This document shows, piece by piece, positions 56,282 through 64,000 of a stretch of DNA of 64,000 bases. The notes beneath the pieces are model-generated. The model was not told where the DNA came from. It did not search any database and saw nothing but the letters and a program-made list of their open reading frames with translations. Origin of the DNA: Oceanococcus sp. (GTDB lineage Bacteria; Pseudomonadota; Gammaproteobacteria; Nevskiales; Oceanococcaceae). Within the stretch, counting starts at the first letter, position 1; each line of letters starts with the position of its first letter. The position numbers and the translations under genes were made by a program. The stretch is from assembly GCA_041619555.1 (NCBI GenBank), contig JBFKDQ010000005.1, positions 31,004 through 95,003 of the forward strand. Direction: 5' to 3'.

Positions 56282-57078
56282 GCCAAAACCGCCTGCGATC
56301 GGTCGCACGCCGGCCTCGCCCGCGATCGGGCCCGCGCCCTGAGCCAGTCATACCAGCCGCTCAGCCCGGCGCCGCTATGCGCCGACAGCTGGAGGATTTC
56401 GAGGCCGGGATTGACCTGCCGGGCAGCCGTCAGGCAGGCCTGCAGATCGAATTCGAGATGCGGCAGCAAATCCACCTTGTTGATCAGCAACAGATCTGCA
56501 GCTCTGAACATGTGCGGGTATTTCAGGGGCTTGTCCTCGCCCTCGGTGACGGACAGGATCACCACCTTGGCCTCCTCACCCAGGTCGAACAGGGCCGGGC
56601 ACACCAGATTGCCGACGTTCTCGATGAACAGCAGGCTACCGGCAGGCGGATCGAGCTGATCCAGACCGCGCGCCAGCATGTCCGCTTCCAGGTGACAGCC
56701 TGCCCCGGTATTGAGCTGCACCACCGGCACACCGGTTTCGCGGATCCGGCGCGCATCGGCCAGAGTCTGCTGGTCGCCTTCAATCACCGCCATCGGCAGT
56801 TCCTCGCGCAGATCCGTCAGGGTCCGCTCAAGCAGGCGGGTCTTGCCCGAGCCCGGCGAACTCAGCAGATTCAGGGCAACAATTCCGGCCGTGGCGAACC
56901 GCTCGCGGTTGAGCTCGGCCAGACGGTCATTGCGCCCCAGCAGATTCTCTTCCAGGCGCAGGATCTGGGCATCCCGGGCATGGTGCTGATGCGGTCCGTG
57001 ATCCTTGTCCTCACCCAGGCCGTGCATTCGCGTTACCGTCAGTCGTGCCTCGCTGGAACATCCACAAGTCGTGCACAT
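56278..57078 (-). CDS. hypB: Hydrogenase nickel incorporation GTPase HypB
   Basis: N-terminal MCTTCGC, His patch, SSPGSGKT, GAGCHLEA, IENVGNLVCPA, EGEDKPLKYP, NKVD motifs. Confidence 0.96.
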   Translation of the reverse strand: MCTTCGCSSEARLTVTRMHGLGEDKDHGPHQHHARDAQILRLEENLLGRNDRLAELNRERFATAGIVALNLLSSPGSGKTRLLERTLTDLREELPMAVIEGDQQTLADARRIRETGVPVVQLNTGAGCHLEADMLARGLDQLDPPAGSLLFIENVGNLVCPALFDLGEEAKVVILSVTEGEDKPLKYPHMFRAADLLLINKVDLLPHLEFDLQACLTAARQVNPGLEILQLSAHSGAGLSGWYDWLRARARSRARPACDRSQAVLA

Positions 57079-57081
57079 GAA

Positions 57082-57420
57082 TCAGTCTCCTTCGCTCAAT
57101 TCCAATTCCGTAATTTTCAGTTCCTGCCCGGCCAGCAGGCGGAAGTCCATCTGCCCGCAGCTGCAGTGCGCACCGGTCGACGGCAAGGCGAAATCCGCCC
57201 CGCAAGCCAGGCAGCGCGCAAGTCCAGAAATCTCCTCGATTTCCAGACGCGCGCCGGCAAGCGGGGTGTTTTCCGTGACCACATCGAAGCAGGCGCGCAT
57301 CGCATCGGGCAGCACCGCGGACAGCGCGCCAACCGCCAGACGCACCCGCAGCACCCGCCGACCTTCGGCGTGGGTCCGGGCAATCTCGACAATGTTGCGG
57401 GTAATCGACAGCTCGTGCAC
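57082..57420 (-). CDS. hypA: Hydrogenase maturation nickel metallochaperone HypA
   Basis: (M)HELSI start (GTG), CLAC and CSC zinc ligands, GQELKI. Confidence 0.93.
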   Translation of the reverse strand: MHELSITRNIVEIARTHAEGRRVLRVRLAVGALSAVLPDAMRACFDVVTENTPLAGARLEIEEISGLARCLACGADFALPSTGAHCSCGQMDFRLLAGQELKITELELSEGD

Positions 57421-57422
57421 AG

Positions 57423-58475
57423 CTAGAGCTTCCACAGACGGCAGTACCACTCGCCATCCACCGGCAGGGGCAGTTCCGGCAGATCACACCAGCGCCGCCG
57501 CGGCAAGAAATAGATGCATTCCGCACAGCGCATCGGACCATCCGGCCCCGGCACCGGATGGTCGGCAAAGCCACCAATGACCAGGCGCTGCTGCAGATCG
57601 TCCGGCGCCAATTCGCGCAGCTGCTTGAGGATCTGTTCGAACTCCACGTCGGTTTTCGGAAACGGCTGAATCATGGTTTCAAGACCGGCCGCCATGAACC
57701 GCCCGATCAGCAGACGCAACACGTCCAGCGCCACTTCACGCAGGGTGATCCAGACCCGATGGCCCTCTGCCGCACACTGGCTTTCCAGGCTGACCAGTAG
57801 ATCGGGAAAAAAGTCCAGGCGGCGCAACTCGCAGAAGCTCTCACCGCCATCGAGCAGGATGGCCTCGACCTCATGCAGCTGCCCCGGCAGCGGCGCCAGC
57901 CGTCCCAGAACGGCGGCCACCAGCGTGCCCCACTGCGACTGCGCCTCCAGCCGCCCCAGCGGGCTTCGTTTCGCATGCAAGGGCTGGCCGATCGCCTCCA
58001 ACACGCGACCATCGGCCGCATCCAGGCGCCAAGCACGCAGCACGCCCGGTTGCTCCAGCATGCTTTGCACTCGCTCGGATCCGGCGGGCAAGCTGTGCCA
58101 GGCGGCCTGCAGGGCCCGCAGGCCGGCCAGATCGGAGCGATAATCCAGGGCCACGGCAAACGCCTCGATCGCCTCGCCCAGACAGATCAGCACGGCATGA
58201 CGACCGAGCTTGAGAGCCAGCAACGCCTGCGCCGGCATCTGCTTCCAGGCCTCTGCCTCACCCCGAAACAAGGCCATCGCCGCTGCCACAGGTGCCGGCG
58301 GGCAGGTCGCCTCGCCCAGATGACTGACCTCGTTGGTGCGCTGCGCGATGAGACCCAGGCGCGACCAGCGCCCATTGGTCGCGCCACAGGCCGACAGAAT
58401 CTGCGTCAGACTGTCGCGATCCAGACCCTGCAGCACGTCTGCGGCGATCCGACCTGCCTCCTCGTTACCGCTCAT
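57423..58475 (-). CDS. Hypothetical 350-aa protein: Roadblock/LC7-like region plus C-terminal 4-Cys HiPIP-like Fe-S module
   Basis: Coupled on both sides (ATGA with the NHL gene; 2 bp to hypA). C317-x2-C320-x9-C330-x14-C345-x2-W near the C-terminus. Residues ~136-250 resemble Roadblock-like domains. Confidence 0.65.
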   Translation of the reverse strand: MSGNEEAGRIAADVLQGLDRDSLTQILSACGATNGRWSRLGLIAQRTNEVSHLGEATCPPAPVAAAMALFRGEAEAWKQMPAQALLALKLGRHAVLICLGEAIEAFAVALDYRSDLAGLRALQAAWHSLPAGSERVQSMLEQPGVLRAWRLDAADGRVLEAIGQPLHAKRSPLGRLEAQSQWGTLVAAVLGRLAPLPGQLHEVEAILLDGGESFCELRRLDFFPDLLVSLESQCAAEGHRVWITLREVALDVLRLLIGRFMAAGLETMIQPFPKTDVEFEQILKQLRELAPDDLQQRLVIGGFADHPVPGPDGPMRCAECIYFLPRRRWCDLPELPLPVDGEWYCRLWKL

Positions 58476-59620
58476 GCACTAACCCTCCTGAGTCCATCTC
58501 GCTGGCAGGACAATGGCGCCAATGACCAGTCCTGAACGCGATTATTGCCGGTGTCCGCGATCAGCAGCCGCTCCTGATTCACCGCCAGACCGTAGGGCCA
58601 GCACAGGCTGTCGGTCGCCGGCAACTGCCAGCGATTGTCGCCGGCCCGCTCGAAGTCCACCTGGCCATGCAACAGACGGGGCAAACGGTCCCCCTGACAC
58701 CATCCCAGCAGGCGGGAATTGGCGGTATCGGCAACCAGCAACCACTCCCGCCATACCGCAAGTCCATAGGGCATCGACAGGCTGTCGCGCTGCGGCCGCG
58801 CGTGGCCCCGGTTGTGCAGCCTGCCGGCACAATCCGGCTGTCCCAGCACCTCGACGCAGGCCCTGCCGGAGCGGTCCGGCAGGCCCGACCAGCGCATGAT
58901 GCGATTGCAGCCGGCATCGGCCACCACCAGATCGCCGCACCAGCGCGCCAGCGCATGCGGCCAGACCATGCCGGCGGCATCCAGGTCCACCCCGCCGTTT
59001 TGATCACGCCGCTGCATGCTGAGCTGGCCGAGCACCAGATCGGCCGCCTGCCCGCTTTGCTGCGGCAGACCATGCCAGATCAGCACGCGCCGGTTGCCGC
59101 TGTCCGCCACCGCAAAGATGTCTTCATCCCAGTACAGCCCGCTCGGCCAGTGCAGGCTATCCGCCGTAGGCGCCGGCGCGCCGCGATTGGCCAGCCCTTG
59201 GCGGCCATCGTCCTGGCCCAGCACCAGATCAGGCGGGGCGTCGGAGGACTCCGGCGAACGACGCCAGATCAGCACGCGATGATTCCAGGAATCGGCAAGC
59301 GCCAGACCGGCACCAACCGCGCACAGACCCACCGGCGTGCTCAGGCTGAGGTCCTGCACCGCACCGCCCGCATTGCGCGCCTCGCCGCGAAAGTCAGGCT
59401 GGCCCCAGCACAGCTGGGCGCCACCGCCCGCACGATCCGGATCAAAGGCCAGCAGGCGGTGGTGTCCGCTATCAGCCACCCAGATTCGCCCTGCCTGCGC
59501 GCAGACGCCGCGCGGCCCGAACAGCTGGCTTGCCGACGGCTGCAAGGCCTGCTGGGCAAACAGCGTCGCCGCTCCGAACTCCTGTCGCGGCCGTTCGCCA
59601 AGCCTGCAGGCGGCGCTCAT
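58472..59620 (-). CDS. NHL-repeat beta-propeller protein, hydrogenase-associated
   Basis: Repeated P-x-G-[LV]...[VI]ADS-x-N-x-R-[VL]L-x-W and DLVLGQ motifs. Confidence 0.88.
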   Translation of the reverse strand: MSAACRLGERPRQEFGAATLFAQQALQPSASQLFGPRGVCAQAGRIWVADSGHHRLLAFDPDRAGGGAQLCWGQPDFRGEARNAGGAVQDLSLSTPVGLCAVGAGLALADSWNHRVLIWRRSPESSDAPPDLVLGQDDGRQGLANRGAPAPTADSLHWPSGLYWDEDIFAVADSGNRRVLIWHGLPQQSGQAADLVLGQLSMQRRDQNGGVDLDAAGMVWPHALARWCGDLVVADAGCNRIMRWSGLPDRSGRACVEVLGQPDCAGRLHNRGHARPQRDSLSMPYGLAVWREWLLVADTANSRLLGWCQGDRLPRLLHGQVDFERAGDNRWQLPATDSLCWPYGLAVNQERLLIADTGNNRVQDWSLAPLSCQRDGLRRVSA

Positions 59621-60153
59621 TCCGCCGCCGCCGCGAACGGACTCTGCACCGGAGCCGCACCGGCTTGCAGGGTACCGGCGGTGAGGTCCCGCACCTGGCG
59701 GATCTCCGGGCAGGCTTCACGGATCGCCCGGACCACGCCCGCGGTCAGCGTGATCGCGGAGGCCGGGCAGCCTTCACAAGCACCGACCATGCGCAGCAAG
59801 ACCGTGTCCGGCGGCCGGATCTCGATCACCTCCACATCGCCGCCATGGGCATGCAGCAGGGGCCGGACGCCCCGCAAGGCCGCTTCGATGCGCTCATCCA
59901 GCGAGGCCTTGATCAGACCCAGTCGACGCCAGACGGCATAGATCAACGGCCGCGTCGCCAGCGCCTTGAGCCGGCCGGCGGCGACCGGCTCGGCGCGCAG
60001 GCTGGCCAGCACTTCGGACCAGGCAGCGCGCTGTATGGCGGCATCCAATTCACGCGTCTCCCGCCAGGCCTGCGCCTGTTCCGGCGTCCATTGCCCCACC
60101 TGCAGTTCCAGCGCCTGCAGACGCTCCAGGGCCTGTTCGAGCTGAAAACTCAT
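59617..60153 (-). CDS. NifU/Nfu-like Fe-S scaffold or carrier, hydrogenase-associated
   Basis: EAALRGVRPLLHAHGGDVEV...GACEGCPASAITL (Nfu CxxC); ATGA overlaps on both sides. Confidence 0.88.
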   Translation of the reverse strand: MSFQLEQALERLQALELQVGQWTPEQAQAWRETRELDAAIQRAAWSEVLASLRAEPVAAGRLKALATRPLIYAVWRRLGLIKASLDERIEAALRGVRPLLHAHGGDVEVIEIRPPDTVLLRMVGACEGCPASAITLTAGVVRAIREACPEIRQVRDLTAGTLQAGAAPVQSPFAAAAE

Positions 60154-61088
60154 GCCAGCGCCATCCGGCTGGCGGCCACCAAAGTGGCCCGATCCGGCAG
60201 GCCATGGGCGCAGAACAGCTGCTCGGCCTGGGCCAGACAGTCGCGGGCCCGCGCGATCGGCTCGAAATCCAGATCCTGCGCCCGCAGGCTGGCCAGACAT
60301 TGCCCCATGTTGGCCAGGGTATTGGCGCGCTCCAGCGGGGCCGCCTGCACGGTGCGCACCTTCAAGGCCTCCTCATAGGCCTGCAGGGCGCGCAGACAGT
60401 TCTCCTGACGATGACCGCTGAGCACCGACTGCAGGGCGTTGCCAAGATTGTTCTGCAACATCGCGTACTCGCGCGGATGATCTTGCAGCCGGATGTGCGC
60501 GAGCGCGGTTTCAAAGGCCTGCACGGCCAGGGCCTCGCGCAATTTGCCGGCCTGGAGCTCGCCGCCCATGCTCAGATAGGCGGTGGCCAGATTGTTCTGC
60601 AGGATCGCGTATTCCGCCGGATATTGCGCTGGCAGGAACACCCGCAAGGCCTCCTGATAGGCGGCAATGGCGGCGCCCATGACCACCCCGGGGACACGCT
60701 CCGCCGCCAGACTCTGCAGCACCAGGCCGAGATTCATCTGCGCCTCCGCCCATTCCGCCGCAAGACCTTCGCAATGGAGCACCGGGATCGCCTGCTGCAG
60801 CAGATCACGCGCCCGCTGCAGCGCATCGATGCCGCCCTGCGGGTCCTGCGCCAGCGCGGTGGCCTGGCGTGCGCGGATCCGCGCCTGGGTGAGCGCCGGT
60901 TCGTTCTCCGCCCGACTCAGGGCCTCGCCGTAAAGCCTGACCGCCAGCCCGAGATCCGCCGGATCGCGCGGCCTTTGCTGCACGCCCATGGCCATTTCCA
61001 CCAGCATGTCGACTTTGGCATAGGCCGCCAGGTCTTCCCGTTCGAGCATCGCCAACGCCGCGGCGAAATCGGCTTGTGCGCGACGCAT
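60150..61088 (-). CDS. TPR-like helical repeat protein, hydrogenase-associated
   Basis: Repeats AEWAEAQMNLG, AEYAILQNNLA, REYAMLQNNLGNAL, ANTLANMG; start overlaps the protease stop. Confidence 0.85.
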   Translation of the reverse strand: MRRAQADFAAALAMLEREDLAAYAKVDMLVEMAMGVQQRPRDPADLGLAVRLYGEALSRAENEPALTQARIRARQATALAQDPQGGIDALQRARDLLQQAIPVLHCEGLAAEWAEAQMNLGLVLQSLAAERVPGVVMGAAIAAYQEALRVFLPAQYPAEYAILQNNLATAYLSMGGELQAGKLREALAVQAFETALAHIRLQDHPREYAMLQNNLGNALQSVLSGHRQENCLRALQAYEEALKVRTVQAAPLERANTLANMGQCLASLRAQDLDFEPIARARDCLAQAEQLFCAHGLPDRATLVAASRMALA

Positions 61089-61570
61089 CAGGCCGCCCTC
61101 ACCCGCAGGTCGCGATGCAATTGCAATCGCAGCCGGCCATTCAACTGCTCCACCGCAGCGGCCACCGGCGCGCTCAGTTCCAGGCCCAGCCCGGTGTCCG
61201 CCACCTCGATCAGGTAAACCCTGACCGTCGCCGGATAGCTCGCGGCCGACATGCGCTGGGCAATGGTCAGGGCATCATCCCAACGCAAGGCATGCGAATC
61301 CCGCGGCGGTTCACGGCGCGAGACGAAAGCTTCACCCGGCACCTCGAACACCGCCCCCGGCGGCTGCCCCGAGCGGCAGGCGTCGATCACGATCAGCTCG
61401 CGTGCACCACGCGCTGCAAACAGCACGGCCAGGCCGTCGGTGGCCGCATCCAACAGCCGCAGACCGGGCGCGGCAACCAGAAGGGGATCCTTGCGCAGAG
61501 CCGCCAGCACCGCCGGGCCGGCGCCATCATCCCGGCGTGCAAGATTGCCGCAAGCGACGACCGCGATCAT
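61088..61570 (-). CDS. Hydrogenase maturation endopeptidase (HupW/HybD-like)
   Basis: IAVVACGNLARRDDGAG, IVIDA, DSHAL motifs; ATGA overlap with the large-subunit stop. Confidence 0.92.
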   Translation of the reverse strand: MIAVVACGNLARRDDGAGPAVLAALRKDPLLVAAPGLRLLDAATDGLAVLFAARGARELIVIDACRSGQPPGAVFEVPGEAFVSRREPPRDSHALRWDDALTIAQRMSAASYPATVRVYLIEVADTGLGLELSAPVAAAVEQLNGRLRLQLHRDLRVRAA

Positions 61571-63165
61571 GCGATCCGGAACGCGGCCAGTTCCTGGCCG
61601 GTGTGCGCATCCTGGGCATGCACGGTGCACACCAGACAGGAATCGAAGGAACGCGCCACATGCCCCACTTCCACCGGGTCACTGGCCTGTGCGATGGGCG
61701 TGCCAATCAGGGCTTCCTCGATCGGCCCCCGATGGCCACTGCCATCGCGCGGCCCGACATTCCAGGTCGTTGGCGCGATGATCTGATAATTGTGAATCTT
61801 GCCGTTGCGCACCTCCAGCCAGTGCGCCAGCGCACCGCGGATCGCCTCGGTGGCGCCCCAGCCCTGTCCGTCACGTTCGGTCGGTTTCAGATACCAGGGT
61901 TCGGCCAATTCGAAAGCGCGCAGGCAACGCTCGGCTTCGCGATACAGCTTGACGGTTTCATGCAGGCGAGCGAAGTGGCGCAGCAGCACGCTGGCCCCGC
62001 CCATCTGCCGATACATGTCCAGCAGCAGCGGGTCATGGTGCTGCCAATCTGCTGCGTCGCTGCGACCCGCCACCAGCTGGCGCGCTAGCGGCCCCGCTTC
62101 CAGGCGACCATACTGCGCGTGCAGCACCGAGGTCGACCAGGAATACTGAGCGTCAAAATCGCGCTGATTTTTCTGCGTCGGGGTGGTTACCCGATCAAAG
62201 GGATGTACCGAGTCCTGGCCTTCGTCGTACCAGGCCCGCGACATGTTCTCGCGCACATCGCGCTGATGGGCACTGTAAAAAGCATCCGCAGCGGCATCAA
62301 AGATGCCATTGGGCATGATCAGGGCCGCGTCGCGCCCGTCGATATCGGGCTGCTGATAGCGGTCCTCATGCGGCAGATACCCCCAGGTCAGAAAACGATC
62401 CAGGCCTGCGCCATAGCGATCCAGGCCGATATCCAGACCCATGCGCCAGTACAAGCCGAGATCCGAGTTGGCATGGGCCGGCGACTCATCCAGCCAGGTC
62501 AGAAAATCCGCATGGCTGCGAATCTCCTCGTAGCGCTCCAGACTGCAGCCCAGCAGCACCGGCTCGATCCAGTTGCGACGGAAATATTCCAGGATCGAGA
62601 ACGATCGCGTGACGTCGGTGAGGGTCGGCGCGCACATCACCCCGCCCGGCACCATGAAGCTGGAATGTGGCCATTGCCCGCCGAACAGGGCGTAGATTTC
62701 CACCGGCTTGCCGGAAATCGTCACGCCGATCTCGTAGTGCCGCCCGGTGTAGGCGGTCCAGCGCGCACAGGCCTCTTCGTAGTACGGGCTGTTGCGGTAA
62801 TTGGGATGGGTGAAATCGATCGCGAACAGGGCGTAATGGTGGCGCGGAATGCTCTGCAGGCTTTCCGCGATCTGGCCGAGATTGCGCGCGAGTATGGCAT
62901 TGCGCGGCACTTCCGTCTGCCACAGGGTGTCCAGCGCCCACACCGCCGAGCTCAGATGCGAGGCGCCGCAGATGCCGCAGGTGCGCGGCGTGACGATCAG
63001 CCCGGCCTGCGGGTCCTTGCCTCGCAAGATGACTTCAAAACCACGAAACAGCTCGGCGCTGGTCCAGGCATCCACCACCCGGCCGTCGGCAATTGCGACC
63101 CGAACATCGAGATCACCCTCGACCCGACCGACCGGCGAAATATCCAGAGTCTTGATCTTGCCCAT
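61567..63165 (-). CDS. hucL: [NiFe]-hydrogenase large subunit, group 2a (Huc / cyanobacterial HupL type)
   Basis: PVGRVEGDL, L1 PRTCGICGASH, GGQWPHSS, L2 RSFDSCLVCTVH followed by a 16-aa cleavable tail. Confidence 0.9.
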   Translation of the reverse strand: MGKIKTLDISPVGRVEGDLDVRVAIADGRVVDAWTSAELFRGFEVILRGKDPQAGLIVTPRTCGICGASHLSSAVWALDTLWQTEVPRNAILARNLGQIAESLQSIPRHHYALFAIDFTHPNYRNSPYYEEACARWTAYTGRHYEIGVTISGKPVEIYALFGGQWPHSSFMVPGGVMCAPTLTDVTRSFSILEYFRRNWIEPVLLGCSLERYEEIRSHADFLTWLDESPAHANSDLGLYWRMGLDIGLDRYGAGLDRFLTWGYLPHEDRYQQPDIDGRDAALIMPNGIFDAAADAFYSAHQRDVRENMSRAWYDEGQDSVHPFDRVTTPTQKNQRDFDAQYSWSTSVLHAQYGRLEAGPLARQLVAGRSDAADWQHHDPLLLDMYRQMGGASVLLRHFARLHETVKLYREAERCLRAFELAEPWYLKPTERDGQGWGATEAIRGALAHWLEVRNGKIHNYQIIAPTTWNVGPRDGSGHRGPIEEALIGTPIAQASDPVEVGHVARSFDSCLVCTVHAQDAHTGQELAAFRIA

Positions 63166-64000
63166 CAGATCACGAAAATGTCATGTTCGGCCCAGGCGGG
63201 TGCCGTCGCCTTGGCCGCGGAGGTTAGCTGCACGTAGCCGGCCCGGTCGAGCCCGGCAGGCAGGTCACGCGGCAGCCCCATCACGGTCTGGCTGCGAAAC
63301 ACCGTGCCCGGCGCCAGATCGTAAAACGGGAACTCGGGCTCGGTGCAGCCGATGCAGGGCATGCCGGCCCGCGTCTTCGAGGACTGACGATTCCACAAAA
63401 TGCGATTGCAGGGCGAATGCGTCATCGGCCCGCGGCAGCCCAGATCATAGAACAGACAGCCCTTGCGCTGGGCGAACTCGGTGGCGGACACCTTGTAGGT
63501 GTAATGCATGTTGCGGGTGCAACCGGTCTGGGTGAAGCTTGCGAAAAAGGTCAGCGGTCGCTGCAACTCATCCAGGTCGATCTGCGCCGCCTGACCACTG
63601 GCCACCGCAACCAGGATCTGGGTCACCCAGTCGGGATGTGCCGGACAGCCCGGAATATTGATCACCGGCAGACCGGCAAGGCTTAAGAAACCGGTCCCCA
63701 GCGCCCCACCGCGTTGGCGCTTGAGATATTGCAAACCTTCGGAATCGGTCGGATTTGGCGCCATGGCCGGAATGCCGCCCCAGGTCGCGCAATCGCCGAT
63801 TGCGACGACATACCGCGCCACATCGGCCAGGTCCTGCACCCAGTCCTTCATCGGTCGCCCGGCATAGCGGTTCCACTCCCCGGTGCCGTCGGGAGCGTTG
63901 ATCACCGTGCCCTCGAAGACCAGGATATCCAGAGGCGTGGCGCCGCTGAGCACCGCTTGCAGCAGGGATTCGAGCGCCTCTCCCAGTTCCATGCTGAGCG
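63165..64000 (-). CDS. hucS: [NiFe]-hydrogenase small subunit, group 2a (5'-partial; runs off the window edge)
   Basis: DILVFEGT, VAIGDCATWGGIP, NIPGCPAHP, FTQTGCTRN (Gln at the distal His position), GCLFYDLGCRGP, SPCN, MPCIGCTEP; frame is open to the edge. Confidence 0.9.
   Translation of the reverse strand, partial: LSMELGEALESLLQAVLSGATPLDILVFEGTVINAPDGTGEWNRYAGRPMKDWVQDLADVARYVVAIGDCATWGGIPAMAPNPTDSEGLQYLKRQRGGALGTGFLSLAGLPVINIPGCPAHPDWVTQILVAVASGQAAQIDLDELQRPLTFFASFTQTGCTRNMHYTYKVSATEFAQRKGCLFYDLGCRGPMTHSPCNRILWNRQSSKTRAGMPCIGCTEPEFPFYDLAPGTVFRSQTVMGLPRDLPAGLDRAGYVQLTSAAKATAPAWAEHDIFVI

Noticed and set aside
56075-64000. Hydrogenase cluster as a mobile element
   Set aside because: No integrase, transposase, tRNA target or flanking direct repeat is visible in the window; horizontal origin remains untested.
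1-64000. tRNA, rRNA, IS elements, prophage genes, toxin-antitoxin or defence systems
   Set aside because: No supporting motifs or structures were seen by manual reading; a covariance-model and HMM scan would be needed to exclude small elements fully.

Overview
GC-rich (visibly so; not computed) chromosomal segment with about 55 genes. Gene content (deaD, slyD, FimV-like, kbl/tdh, sigma-54 motif, TonB receptors) suggests a heterotrophic Gammaproteobacterium; the taxon cannot be fixed from this window. I found no rRNA, tRNA, CRISPR array, integrase or transposase. The main blocks are: (1) envelope genes (DUF2339/DUF3999 pair, repeat-rich peptidoglycan-binding lipoprotein); (2) lipid/xenobiotic metabolism with several TetR regulators (patatin, SDRs, hydrolase, DUF1214-sulfotransferase-SDR-SRPBCC operon, BktB-like thiolase plus 3-hydroxyacyl-CoA dehydrogenase, nitronate monooxygenase-like, Baeyer-Villiger monooxygenase); (3) a secreted S8 protease ending in eight 12-aa GYTWGGHN repeats, divergent from a beta-propeller/Y_Y_Y/degenerate-GGDEF/EAL membrane sensor; (4) two TonB-dependent receptors, a sigma-54/NtrC-type-controlled TorF-like porin, a GNAT-nitrilase fusion and a P-type ATPase; (5) Ser/Thr/D-amino-acid catabolism (dadA-like, sdaA, tdh, kbl) with a shared candidate TetR operator; (6) a tightly coupled group 2a [NiFe]-hydrogenase operon running off the right edge, containing an unexplained Roadblock-like/HiPIP-like fusion protein and a 68-aa His-motif membrane peptide. 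The best candidates for undescribed biology are the S8-repeat protease/EAL-sensor pair and the Fe-S fusion protein in the hydrogenase operon. All family assignments come from motif recognition by eye, not database searches.
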